A stretch of 64,000 nt of DNA from Cyanophyceae cyanobacterium (GCA_038321985.1 JBBQFN010000012.1:64001-128000); one strand, 5' to 3'. Positions 1-10,111 are shown, counted from the stretch's first letter. Translations and numbers: made by a program. The notes: generated by a model not told the origin, from the letters alone.

Positions 1-2068
1 GCTGAACTTGTTCCGTAGTCAGGGGTTGAGGTTGAGTCAAAGCAGCGTATCGGGGGCTAGTTCGACGAATTTCCGCTCTTAATTCATCCAATTGCCGCAA
101 CAAAGTATCGAGTTCTTGTTTGAGAGCATTAGCTTGTTCTGGGGTATGTTCCCCAGAAAGTAGCTCCATACGCCGAGATTCAGTAGCGTTGATCTGCTGC
201 TGTAAATTACTTTCCTTCTCCCTCAGTTCAGGGTCAATGCCTGCGCGGATATCGGCATTTGCTTCAGCGAGAATTTCTAACAACGTGCGAGCGCGGGCGC
301 GTTCGCTGGCATTAAAGGCTTGTTTGTGGTAGCCTTTATCTGGATTTTGCTGGTGCAGTTCCATCAGGAGGTCGATGTAGAATTCGTATTCATCTTGGTT
401 TTGGGCAAAGTAAGACTGGCGCAGTTTTTCGCTATCGATTTTAGTGCGGAGGTCTTCGATAAGGGCGATGGCAGCTTCCATGTCGGTTAGCGCTTCGGTG
501 AGATTGCCTTGACTGCGCTTGGTGAAAGCGAGATTGGTGAGGGTAATCGCTTCCCCTGCCTTATCCCCCACTTGCCTTCTCAGGAGCAAGGATTGGTTAT
601 AGTAGTCTAGGGCGCTTTGCTTGTCTCCCAGGACGGAGTAAACCCCGCCAATATTGTTGAGGGTAGCCGCTTCCCCTGCCTTATCCCCCACTTGCCGAAA
701 CAGGGGCAAGGAGTGGTTGTAGTAGTCTAAGGCGGTTTGCTTGTCTCCCAGAGCGGAGTAAACCCCGCCAATATTGGTGAGGGTACTCGCTTCCCCTGCC
801 TTATCCCCCACTTGTCGAAACAGGGGCAAGGATTGGTTGTAGTAGTCTAGGGCGGTTTGCTTGTCTGCCAGGGCGTCGTAAACCGCGCCAATATTGGTGA
901 GGGTACTCGCTTCCCCTGCCTTATCCCCCCCTTGCCGAGACAGGGGCAAGGATTGGTTGTAGTAGTCTAGGGCGGTTTGCTTGTCTCCCAGGGCGTCGTA
1001 AACCGCGCCAATATTGTTGAGGGTAGCCGCTTCCCCTGCTAGGTCCCCCACTTGCCGTCTCAGGGGCAAGGATTGGTTAAAGTAGTCTAGGGCCGTTTGC
1101 TTGTCTCCCAGGACGTCGTAAACCCGGCCAATATTGGAGAGGGTAACCGCTTCCCCTGCCTTATCCCCCACTTGCCGTCTCAGGGGCAAAGAGTGGTTGT
1201 AGTAGTCTAGGGCCGTTTGCGTGTCTCCCAGGTCGGAGTAAACTTTGCCAATATTGTTGAGGGTACTCGCTTCCCCTGCCTTATCTCCCACTTGCCGAAA
1301 CAGGGGCAAGGATTGGTTATAGTAGTCTAGAGCGGTTTGCTGGTCTCCCAAAACGTCGTAAATCCGGCCAATATTGTTGAGGGTACCCGCTTCGGTTACC
1401 TTATCCCCCAGTTGCCTAGACAGGGGCAAGGATTGGTTGTAGTAGTCAAGGGCCGTTTGCTTGTCTCCCAGGTCGGAGTAAACCTTGCCCATATTGTAGA
1501 GGGTAGTGGCTTCCCCGGCTTTATCCCCCAGTTGCCGAAATAGGGTTACAGATTGGTTGTAGTAATCTAGGGCGGTTTGCTGGTCTCCCAGGTCGTCGTA
1601 AACCAGACCAATATTGTTGAGGGTACCCGCTTCCCCTGCCTTATCCCCCACTTGCCGAGACAGGGGCAAGGATTGGTTGAAGTAGTCTAGGGCGGTTTGC
1701 TTGTCTCCAAGTAAGTTGGAAATACGACCCATTCCCAACAAGGTAAGTGCTTGCTTTGCGGCATCGCCTGCGGCTTGATACAGTGGGAGTGCGGCGTCCC
1801 ACTTTTGCAAGGCTTCTCGTAACGATTCTGCTGTCCCTTGTTGAAACAGTTGGAATCCTTCTAGGAACAATCGATCGCCCTCTGCACTACCCTCTTCACT
1901 GCCCTCTTCACTGCTACTATTCTGAGCAACCCAACTCTCTCCAATTCCGGTTAATCCTGATACCTTCTCCTGGGCTGAACTCACTGGGGCAACACTTGAC
2001 CCTAGTAACAAAGTTGCGGCTATAGCTAATCCTGGACGAGATAGATGTAACAACCGTTGATGCACCAT
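1..2068 (-). CDS. Secreted tetratricopeptide-repeat protein, probably TPR-CHAT (C-terminus lies beyond the window start)
   Basis: Not in the ORF track because it has no stop inside the window. Manual translation from ATG 2068 gives MVHQRLLHLSRPGLAIAATLLLGSSVAPVSSAQE (signal-peptide-like), then ten 40-aa TPR units (GDKAGEAxTLxNIGxVYxxLGDKQTALDYYNQSLPL), then IEDLRTKIDSEKLRQSYF and ASERARARTLLEIL, the linker typical of cyanobacterial TPR-CHAT proteins. The CHAT domain itself is not visible. Confidence 0.88.
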   Translation of the reverse strand, partial: MVHQRLLHLSRPGLAIAATLLLGSSVAPVSSAQEKVSGLTGIGESWVAQNSSSEEGSEEGSAEGDRLFLEGFQLFQQGTAESLREALQKWDAALPLYQAAGDAAKQALTLLGMGRISNLLGDKQTALDYFNQSLPLSRQVGDKAGEAGTLNNIGLVYDDLGDQQTALDYYNQSVTLFRQLGDKAGEATTLYNMGKVYSDLGDKQTALDYYNQSLPLSRQLGDKVTEAGTLNNIGRIYDVLGDQQTALDYYNQSLPLFRQVGDKAGEASTLNNIGKVYSDLGDTQTALDYYNHSLPLRRQVGDKAGEAVTLSNIGRVYDVLGDKQTALDYFNQSLPLRRQVGDLAGEAATLNNIGAVYDALGDKQTALDYYNQSLPLSRQGGDKAGEASTLTNIGAVYDALADKQTALDYYNQSLPLFRQVGDKAGEASTLTNIGGVYSALGDKQTALDYYNHSLPLFRQVGDKAGEAATLNNIGGVYSVLGDKQSALDYYNQSLLLRRQVGDKAGEAITLTNLAFTKRSQGNLTEALTDMEAAIALIEDLRTKIDSEKLRQSYFAQNQDEYEFYIDLLMELHQQNPDKGYHKQAFNASERARARTLLEILAEANADIRAGIDPELREKESNLQQQINATESRRMELLSGEHTPEQANALKQELDTLLRQLDELRAEIRRTSPRYAALTQPQPLTTEQVQ
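530..1712 (-). repeat. Tandem array of about ten near-identical 120-bp coding repeats (40-aa TPR units)
   Basis: Units start at 541, 661, 781, 901, 1021, 1141, 1261, 1381, 1501 and 1621 with an exact 120-nt period and high nucleotide identity. Confidence 0.97.
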
Positions 2069-2649
2069 TGTTTTGTTTCCTAATTTTTGAGATGTTTTGA
2101 CAATTAATTCAGGATTAAAACCTTAAATTGGAAGGGGCCGATCGCTGTTTGACAGTCCCCCATTTTAAGTGAGATACCTTAACCCGAGTAAGGATGGAGG
2201 ATAGTAGTAGGTTTTGGGCATGGTGGAATGGAACCACTGATTTCACTGATTTTCACGGAGAGGATTTGATGATTTCGGTCTGAATTGTTGGAATTAAAGA
2301 TGAATTTTTTGCGTTAAGTTTGAGTGGATTGAGTTGTTAGTATTGGTTCCGGTGACTTTAGGGTTTTCACCACCCTAACATAGGGTTAGAGTTGAATTCT
2401 GTAAAATTTTATATTTTTTTAATGTTTTGAAAGGATTTTAGGAGAATTGAAGTGGGTTAAGGGACTTTATGGTGAAAATAGGGGCAGTCACGGCATGATA
2501 AGCTGAGAAATATTGGTCAATTCGGAAGAGGTCCTGCTTTGGGAAGGGGGAGAGTTGGAATTGGGTACTATTTCGAGTAAAATTGAGGGAATTTGGCCTA
2601 GGATACGACTGTCTGGAATTGTTTAGGAATTTTTAGAATAAGGGGTATT

Positions 2650-4851
2650 ATGAAACGTCGTTATTTTCTTCAGAGTGCCGGTGCGGCTTTAGCAGCTTTA
2701 GGATGGAGTCAATTAGAGGTTCAGCGGCAAGGGTTACGGTATGCTCAGGTTTTGGCGCAGGATACGCCGCGCAAGTTGGCGTTGTTGGTGGGAATTAATG
2801 ACTATTCTCAGGCGAAAGTGAGTTCGTTGCGGGGATGTATTACGGATGTAGAATTACAGCGAGAGTTGTTGATTCATCGGTTTGGATTTAATCCCCAAGA
2901 TATTTTAATGGTGACGGATGATACTGCAATAAAACCGACTCGGGCGGGGTTGATTGAGGCGGTGGAATCTCATTTAATTGCTCAGGCAAAACCGGGGGAT
3001 GTGGTGGTGTTGCATTTTTCGGGACATGGCGCACAGGTGGTTAATCCTTATAATCCGTTGGGGAATCCTCGGGAACGGTTGAATAGTACCTTTGTTCCCA
3101 GCGATCGCACGGCATTGGTTCAGGAAGGACAGGCGATGGTTTCTGATATTATGGGAGCGAGTTTGTTCCTGTGGATGTCGGCGATTAATACGGAAAATAT
3201 TACGGTAGTTTTAGATAGTTGTCACTCGGGGGGTGGCAAGCGGGGAAATTTGACGATTCGGGCAATTCCTGGCGGGGATTATCCCAGTTTGGAGGAACGG
3301 GAATATCATCAACAGTGGGTATCTAAGTTGGGAATTTCACCCGAAAAGTTTGTGGAGGACCGGCAAAAAGGAGTAGCGAAAGGGGTGGTGATTGCTTCAG
3401 CAGCAGATACGCAATTGGCGGCAGATGCACCGTTTGAGGGATTTTTTGCTGGGGCGTTTACTTATACTCTCACGCAGTATTTATGGCAGCAATCCGGCAG
3501 TCACACTGTTCAGACGGTGTTGGGGAATGTGGCACGCAGTACATCGGGGATTTCTTCGACTCAGCAAGTTCCGGAAATGGAGGTTAAACCGGGAAGCGGG
3601 AATGAATCGAAACCGACTTATTTTCTGCCGGTACAGTCCACTCCGGCAGAGGCGGTGATTACGGCAGTGAATGGCGATCGCCTGGAACTGTGGTTAGGCG
3701 GCATTGACCCGCAGTCGTTTACGGCGTTTAATAGCAATGCGGTGTTTACTGTGGCGACGGAGGCAGATGCAGGGGGATTGGTGCAAATTGAGTCACGGCA
3801 GGGGTTGGTGGCACAGGGGAAGGCGATCGCACCTTCAGCAGGAGTGAAACCCGGTGCGCTGTTGCAGGAACAGGCGCGGGCGATTCCTGAAAATCTCACC
3901 TTGCGGATTGGGTTGGATGAGTCGTTGGGGGGAGAGTTGGAGACAGCAAAACAGGCAGTTGATGCGGTGGAACGGATGGAAGCATTGCCGTTGGGGGAAA
4001 CAGAGGTGCATTATATTTTGGGACGGATGACGGAGGCGCTACATCAGGAAGTGAGGGAATCGGGAGAGAAAGAGGTTCCGGCAGTGGGGAGTTTGGGGTT
4101 ATATGGTGCGGGTTTGGATGTGATTCCGGGTTCGTTTGGGGTGATGGGTGAGTCGGTGGTTGCGGGGTGCGATCGCCTGAAAAGTAAGTTTCGGGCATTG
4201 TTGGCGGCGCGATTGGTGAAATTGACTTTGAATGCAGAATCCTCTCGGTTGGATGTATCTTTGGGATTGAAAATGTTGCAAGGGTCTCAGGCGCAGTTTG
4301 CTGGGACTGCTTTTACGACTCGGGGGGGGAGTGGGAGAACGACTGAAGTCGTGACACCGAACTTGGGAGGGGGGATTCCTCGGATTCCGGTGGGAGTTGA
4401 TGTGCAGTGTGAGGTGAGGAATGGGGAAAGTCAGGATTTATATGTGACTTTGTTGGTAATTACGACGACGGGGGAATTGGTGGTGGTTTTTCCGAATAGT
4501 TGGACGGCAGGGGTTGATGCAGCGTTGGTGAAGGCAGGGGAAACGCGGTTGATTCCCGAGAGTGGCGATCCGTTTAAGTTGACGATTTCACCGCCTTTGG
4601 GGACGGCAGAAATTTTGGCGATCGCCAGTCTGTCTCCTTTGCGGACTTCGTTGCAACAGTTACAACAAATTGCCGCAACCCGGGGAACGGGAGATGGGGT
4701 TTTAGGGTTAGCAGAAGAATCGGTTTCGGCAGTGGAAAATTTATGGGGAGATTTAAACCAAACTCGCAACTTTCCCTCATTTGACCCCCGTTCTCGGGTG
4801 GCTCAAACGGAGCAAATGGCAGCTTTATCGATTACGTTTAAAGTCGTATAA
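2650..4851 (+). CDS. Caspase-family (peptidase C14) protein with a twin-arginine signal and a probable C-terminal DUF4384 domain
   Basis: MKRRYFLQ Tat-like motif; KLALLVGINDY; catalytic dyad motifs HFSGHG and LDSCHSG; C-terminal VRNGESQDLYVTLLVITTTGELVVVFPN resembles DUF4384. Confidence 0.9.
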   Translation: MKRRYFLQSAGAALAALGWSQLEVQRQGLRYAQVLAQDTPRKLALLVGINDYSQAKVSSLRGCITDVELQRELLIHRFGFNPQDILMVTDDTAIKPTRAGLIEAVESHLIAQAKPGDVVVLHFSGHGAQVVNPYNPLGNPRERLNSTFVPSDRTALVQEGQAMVSDIMGASLFLWMSAINTENITVVLDSCHSGGGKRGNLTIRAIPGGDYPSLEEREYHQQWVSKLGISPEKFVEDRQKGVAKGVVIASAADTQLAADAPFEGFFAGAFTYTLTQYLWQQSGSHTVQTVLGNVARSTSGISSTQQVPEMEVKPGSGNESKPTYFLPVQSTPAEAVITAVNGDRLELWLGGIDPQSFTAFNSNAVFTVATEADAGGLVQIESRQGLVAQGKAIAPSAGVKPGALLQEQARAIPENLTLRIGLDESLGGELETAKQAVDAVERMEALPLGETEVHYILGRMTEALHQEVRESGEKEVPAVGSLGLYGAGLDVIPGSFGVMGESVVAGCDRLKSKFRALLAARLVKLTLNAESSRLDVSLGLKMLQGSQAQFAGTAFTTRGGSGRTTEVVTPNLGGGIPRIPVGVDVQCEVRNGESQDLYVTLLVITTTGELVVVFPNSWTAGVDAALVKAGETRLIPESGDPFKLTISPPLGTAEILAIASLSPLRTSLQQLQQIAATRGTGDGVLGLAEESVSAVENLWGDLNQTRNFPSFDPRSRVAQTEQMAALSITFKVV

Positions 4852-5653
4852 AATTGAGTAATTTACTATTTATATTGCATTTATTTAAAAGAGGGGCGTA
4901 TGATGAATGCCTATTTTGTTTTTAACCCTACGAAAAACTCTCAATATTTTCTTAAAAATTTTACCCAAAGTAATACTTTTTTAGGGTTGGAACAGGTCCC
5001 CAAAAGGCTCTTTTCTACCAAGATTTATACCTTTAGCTATGAGATGGCAAGTTGAAGTTAAATGTAATTCAAGACTTTGGGTTTAACAATTCACTATTAG
5101 AATTGCTTGTCTTATCCGCCTGTCCCAGTGCCGTCGGTGATGAACAAGTCAAATTAGGGTTTGCTGTGCAAGCCGGTGCTAAAACTGCCCTAGCAATTGG
5201 AAATGACAGTAAGTTGGTCCTAGGAAATGGGCTAAAGATTGGACCCCCCTGGTTTACAGGGGGCGGGATATTTCATTCCAATTTCATAATTTACTGGCAC
5301 ACTTAAGAAGTATGAACAATAAAACTTATTTTAAAACTTGAGAGGATTTTATTCTGAGAACCCCCTGCGGTAACCCTACTCATAGCGGGGTTCGATAGTG
5401 TCGTTTTTCCCAAGGATTCTAGGGTCAAGAATGCCACCCATCGGGTTCAGTTACAGGCGCAGGAACCATCCCTGACACAGCACTTTTTCCACAGTTGGCT
5501 ATATCCCCTTTGCTCAATTCCCCTAGGAATTGCGCGAATTTGTAAATATTGGTAAGATCGATCTCCAGGATACTGAAGTATTTCCCCAGTTTTTGGGGAT
5601 GTTAGTTTAAATTATCGGCAACATTCTACTCCCGTTAGGCAGGATAAACAGTC

Positions 5654-6574
5654 ATGAATCGGTTAGTTATTGCAGTCGCGATCGCCTCTAGTTTATTTCT
5701 CATTCCCGGTTGTTACTCCCCCACCTCCGAGGCATCTTTAACTGAATCCTCGGAGGAAAAAGGGACGGAGTCTCCTCCCTCGGAGGGAATGGGGGCGGGA
5801 CATCATCAGAATCATCAGAATCATCACCCGGATTCTCATTCGGAACATTCCGGCGAGAGTAACGGGGGCAAACCTCAAAACCTGACTCAAGCCAAACTCA
5901 CGGTTGCCTCGGCGATCTCTGCCAATCAAGCTGCTTTTTTAGGGATTGATATTCAAGATAGTACAGGAAATCCAGTTTCTGACTTTGATATCGTTCATGA
6001 AAAAAAGATGCACTTAATTGTGGTGAGTGATGACCTCCAGTTCTTCTCTCATATCCATCCTATTCAGAATGAAACGGGACAATTTCAAGTAGAAAATACC
6101 TTTCCAAGTGGTGGAAATTATACCCTATTTGCCGATTACAAACCATCCGGGGATACCCAACGGGTTTCGGTGGTGAAAACTGCTGTAGTGGGGAACCCTC
6201 CGCCGCCTCAAGAGATGAATCTAAATCGCTTTCAAACCCTGGGTGATACGAAGGTGGGGTTGATGCTACCCACTGAGGCGATCGCGGCAGGTGAGTCCGT
6301 GACTCTTGCTTTCCATCTTGAAGATATCCAGACTCAAAAACCGGTCAGCAATTTACAGCCTTATTTGGGAGAAATGGGTCATTTAGTGATTGTTAAACAA
6401 TCTGCGTCTCCCAGGGAAGCCGATTATATTCATGCTCATCCGATGCCGAATATGTCCCCGGGTCATATTGAATTTATGACCCAGTTTCCAGAACCGGGAA
6501 ATTATAAAATGTGGGGAGAATTTAACCGAGATGGTGAAATAATTGCAGCGGAGTTCTGGGTAACAGTTCAGTAA
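5654..6574 (+). CDS. His-rich lipoprotein, putative heavy-metal (Cu) binding
   Basis: Lipobox-like LIPGC; His-rich linker; duplicated motifs HEKKMHLIVV..FSHIHP and YLGEMGHLV..YIHAHP. Confidence 0.7.
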   Translation: MNRLVIAVAIASSLFLIPGCYSPTSEASLTESSEEKGTESPPSEGMGAGHHQNHQNHHPDSHSEHSGESNGGKPQNLTQAKLTVASAISANQAAFLGIDIQDSTGNPVSDFDIVHEKKMHLIVVSDDLQFFSHIHPIQNETGQFQVENTFPSGGNYTLFADYKPSGDTQRVSVVKTAVVGNPPPPQEMNLNRFQTLGDTKVGLMLPTEAIAAGESVTLAFHLEDIQTQKPVSNLQPYLGEMGHLVIVKQSASPREADYIHAHPMPNMSPGHIEFMTQFPEPGNYKMWGEFNRDGEIIAAEFWVTVQ

Positions 6575-6632
6575 ATTAGAGCGGGTTTATTCTCTAAATT
6601 AAGGGACAGGTTACTGCCCTGTCCCTAGGTTT

Positions 6633-7202
6633 TTATCTCAGGGTCGGGGGTAGCCAATCTGAATAATCGGCTAGGTGTCCCCAGTAGGACATATAGCCCG
6701 TAATGGCCCAAATTAAGCCGGCAACTGCGATCGCAACTGCACCAACTAAACGCAGGGTTGGGTTATTTCTTAGGTACAGGGAAGGGGTGGCTAAAACTCC
6801 TCCCAGTCCGGAAATAATAAATCCAATTCCCGAGAGTAAAGGTTGTCGGGTCATCTCTAAATTAATGATTCGTACTCCGACTACAATCGACGCTAAACCT
6901 GCAAAAAAGGCGTAAATGGTGACGGTACTTAAATCCCAACCCGCAGCTAGGGCGACTGCCGCGCCCATAAATACAATTCCAAATAATACAGACATTTCCC
7001 CATAGGCTACATTAAAACTGCCTCGAATCGGCCAAGTCCAAATCATATGTAACCCGGTAACTAAGGCGATCGCACCTGTCATTCCAAACCCGGGAATCCA
7101 CTGTTTTTGCCGGATATTATCTAATCCTTCATAAATGTAGTAAGCCAGCAAAAAGTGACCGGCTACTAAATTAATTAGCATTAAACTAATGTAATTGATC
7201 AT
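6633..7202 (-). CDS. DUF981-like membrane protein
   Basis: Multiple TM segments; MINYISLMLINL, WTWPIRGSFNVAYGE. Confidence 0.7.
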   Translation of the reverse strand: MINYISLMLINLVAGHFLLAYYIYEGLDNIRQKQWIPGFGMTGAIALVTGLHMIWTWPIRGSFNVAYGEMSVLFGIVFMGAAVALAAGWDLSTVTIYAFFAGLASIVVGVRIINLEMTRQPLLSGIGFIISGLGGVLATPSLYLRNNPTLRLVGAVAIAVAGLIWAITGYMSYWGHLADYSDWLPPTLR

Positions 7203-7327
7203 AATTGACCCTCTTTTGTTGGTGTTTAGAGTGGCAGGGTTTCATCCTACCCTAATTTGGGAATGAATGGGACACCGATAGAAATATTTCTCCCCAATGG
7301 CTGACTTTTGAGGAGAACCAAGTCGTT

Positions 7328-7936
7328 CTACCAATGGGGATGGCGCAACCAATTGTGAATTTTTTGGGGCCACAGCTTGGGACTTTCTGGCGATCGATAG
7401 TGAGTCTGGACCATTGATTGCCACAGGGGTAGTCCTCCAACTTTTGCACTCAACAACAGGTGAAAAGTGACTGCTAATCCCATGAGTATCCATGCTCCCA
7501 AATGCACGAAATACAAGGGCTGATTCATCTGTCCCTGGGGTAGCCAGTTTTCATCCTGAAACTTACCCGAAACCACCGCTAATCCGGCTGCTAATAATAT
7601 GGCTGTATTAGCAATTCGATGTAAGATATACCACCCACTAGGTTGGCCTACATTTTTTAGTTTTGAAAGAGAATTTTTTGCCATCAAACGCTTTCGTCCG
7701 AATCTCACACTATAAATAGCAAATCCGACGAAAATAAAAAACAGAACAAATCCAAATGTGCCATGAATATCAATCAGGTTTCGGTTAGCTTGGGAAAGGC
7801 CCATCCGCCCCCAGCGACCATCCCAACTATCATAAACCAAAAACCCGGTAATCCAAGCACCCAGCACTAAAATAGCATTGATACCGTGCAACAATCGCAG
7901 TACCAAGGGTTGATAAGGAATCGAACGAACACGCAT
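7328..7936 (-). CDS. Cytochrome b/b6-domain (Ni-hydrogenase cyt b-like) membrane protein
   Basis: RLLHG, IHGTFG, LHR, VHL..FHLL heme-ligand-like histidines in TM helices. Confidence 0.8.
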   Translation of the reverse strand: MRVRSIPYQPLVLRLLHGINAILVLGAWITGFLVYDSWDGRWGRMGLSQANRNLIDIHGTFGFVLFFIFVGFAIYSVRFGRKRLMAKNSLSKLKNVGQPSGWYILHRIANTAILLAAGLAVVSGKFQDENWLPQGQMNQPLYFVHLGAWILMGLAVTFHLLLSAKVGGLPLWQSMVQTHYRSPESPKLWPQKIHNWLRHPHW

Positions 7937-8118
7937 GGTCAGATGTTGATAAAGTAATTTCCAATTTTACGACGTTCTTTCTCAATAAAGCGAGTCTAAC
8001 TGAACTAAATACTTATTTAATGGGGTAAAACTGCCTAATTTTCTGACTTCTGTAAGCAAATATTATCGGTCACTCTTTTAACTTTACTGGTTCTCGCTGG
8101 GAATCCTGGGAATTTCAA

Positions 8119-8212
8119 AAATGATTAAATAATGAAAATAGGGCGGCTATTTGACCCAAAATTCGGCGAAAATGCCCGAAAAACCGAAAATTATTTCATT
8201 TTCTTTTCACTA
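8119..8212. promoter_or_regulatory. Two ManR-like direct-repeat boxes upstream of mntP
   Basis: ATGA at 8121 and 8132 (11-bp spacing); minus-strand TAGTGAAAAGAAAATGAAAT at 8193-8212. Confidence 0.4.
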
Positions 8213-8285
8213 TATTAGTTCTTGCCAAACTAGGCTAAAAATGATAAGGTTAAATGACTAGAATCATAGAAATTAGGCAAAAGCA

Positions 8286-8861
8286 GTGAGCTTTATCACG
8301 ATTTCCTTAATATCTTTAGGGTTGGCAATGGATGCCTTTGCGGTGGCGATTGGCAGTGGCATTGCACTCAAAAAAGTGAAGCTGCAAGATGCACTCTTGG
8401 TAGCCACTTTTTTTGGGGGATTCCAGTTTTTTATGCCCTTAATGGGATGGATAGCGGGGTTGGGGGTCCGCGAGACGATCGCCAGCTTTGACCATTGGAT
8501 CGCGTTTTTGCTCCTAGGGTTTATTGGGAGTAAAATGATTCATGAAGGGATTTATGAGGAAGAGGGCGTCGAGGAAGGGAAAGCCGCCAACCCCCGGAAT
8601 TTATATATTTTATTAGGATTAGCCATTGCTACGAGTATTGATGCTTTAGCGGTGGGGTTGAGTATTTCCCTATTACAAAGCTCAATTACCTCTTTAGCTG
8701 TTGTGATTGGAATTGTAACCTTTGTGTTATCCTTTGCTGGGGTTTATATCGGGAATCGGGTCGGTAGCTTTTGTGAAAAGCAAGTGACGATTCTAGGCGG
8801 CGTAATTTTAATCGGAATTGGATTCAAAATATTACTGGAAAATTTAATACTTCCGGGATAG
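8286..8861 (+). CDS. mntP: Manganese efflux pump MntP
   Basis: LAMDAFAVA and ATSIDALAVG motifs; FQFFMPLMGW; DHWIAF. Confidence 0.92.
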   Translation: MSFITISLISLGLAMDAFAVAIGSGIALKKVKLQDALLVATFFGGFQFFMPLMGWIAGLGVRETIASFDHWIAFLLLGFIGSKMIHEGIYEEEGVEEGKAANPRNLYILLGLAIATSIDALAVGLSISLLQSSITSLAVVIGIVTFVLSFAGVYIGNRVGSFCEKQVTILGGVILIGIGFKILLENLILPG

Positions 8862-8905
8862 CGATCGCCTTGCAAAATCCCCGAATCCTTGTATGCTAGA
8901 GAGCA

Positions 8906-10111
8906 ATGCTATCGAGGATGAAGCTAATGGACAAAATGCTTTCTCGGATGGAGGGAGTACAGTCCCCGATTATTCCACAGATTGGAGAACTGATTCGCGC
9001 TTATCCAGGGACGCTTTCCTTGGGACAAGGGGTGGTTTATTATCCACCGCCGCAAGCTGCATTTGAACGCATTGCAGACTGTTTGGCAGACCCTAATAAT
9101 CATAAGTATCAGCCGGTGGAGGGAATTGCCCCGTTACGGGAGGCGATCGCCAGTAAACTACAAGCCGAAAACAACATTAACGTTAACGCCGACACTAAAA
9201 TAGTGGTCACCGCTGGGGGAAATATGGCTTTTATGAATGCCATTCTAGCGATTACCTCCCCCGGGGATGAAATTATTATCCAAACTCCTTATTATTTCAA
9301 TCATGAAATGGCGATCGCCATTGCCGGATGTCAGGCAGTCTGTGTGGCAACCGATGAAAACTATCAACTCCGTCTTGAAGCGATCGCCGATGCAATTACG
9401 GACAAAACCCGGGCGATTGTAACCATTTCTCCCAACAATCCCACGGGGGCCGTTTATTCCGAAACAGCTTTACGCCAAGTCAATCAACTCTGTGGCGATC
9501 GCGGCATTTATCATATTACAGATGAAGCCTACGAATATTTTACCTATGATGGAATCACCCATTTCTCCCCGGGTTCTATCCCCGATAGCCATCCCCATAC
9601 TATTTCCCTGTTTAGTCTCTCCAAAGCCTACGGATTTGCCGGGTGGCGAATTGGCTATATGGTGATTCCTGAACACCTACTTAGTGCGGTTAAAAAAATT
9701 CAAGATACTATCTTAATTTGTCCTCCAATCATTTCCCAGTATGTCGCATTAGGCGCATTAGAAGTGGGTAAAAACTATTGCTTAGAACATATTGAAATCA
9801 TTTCAAAAGTCCGGGAATCCTGTCTTCAACGCTTCTCCGACTTATCTGCCTTTTGCACCGTACCCGAGGCCAAAGGGGCCTTTTACTTTTTGGTGAAACT
9901 CGAAAGCAACCTATCCCCAATGGAAGCAGCTAAACTCCTAATTGATAAATTTCGGGTGGCTACGATTCCCGGCACCACTTTTGGCATTAAAGAAGGGTGT
10001 TTTTTACGGGTTTCTTACGGGGGATTAGACCGGGATACCGCCTTGCGAGGCATCGATCGCTTGTTTCGCGGCTTAAACACAATGTACAAAACTCCGAGTT
10101 CCCGGATGTGA
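8906..10111 (+). CDS. PLP-dependent aminotransferase, class I/II
   Basis: SPNNPTG, DEAY, SLSKAYGFAGWRIG. Confidence 0.92.
   Translation: MLSRMKLMDKMLSRMEGVQSPIIPQIGELIRAYPGTLSLGQGVVYYPPPQAAFERIADCLADPNNHKYQPVEGIAPLREAIASKLQAENNINVNADTKIVVTAGGNMAFMNAILAITSPGDEIIIQTPYYFNHEMAIAIAGCQAVCVATDENYQLRLEAIADAITDKTRAIVTISPNNPTGAVYSETALRQVNQLCGDRGIYHITDEAYEYFTYDGITHFSPGSIPDSHPHTISLFSLSKAYGFAGWRIGYMVIPEHLLSAVKKIQDTILICPPIISQYVALGALEVGKNYCLEHIEIISKVRESCLQRFSDLSAFCTVPEAKGAFYFLVKLESNLSPMEAAKLLIDKFRVATIPGTTFGIKEGCFLRVSYGGLDRDTALRGIDRLFRGLNTMYKTPSSRM

Noticed and set aside
530..1712. Possible DGR template/variable repeat or CRISPR
   Set aside because: The repeats are in-frame coding units, variation is not restricted to adenines, and no reverse transcriptase is in the window
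120..2025. Plus-strand ORFs 120-332, 1337-1543 and 1747-2025
   Set aside because: Antisense shadows of the TPR gene
5052..5306. 84-aa ORF
   Set aside because: TTG start, no RBS and no recognisable motif
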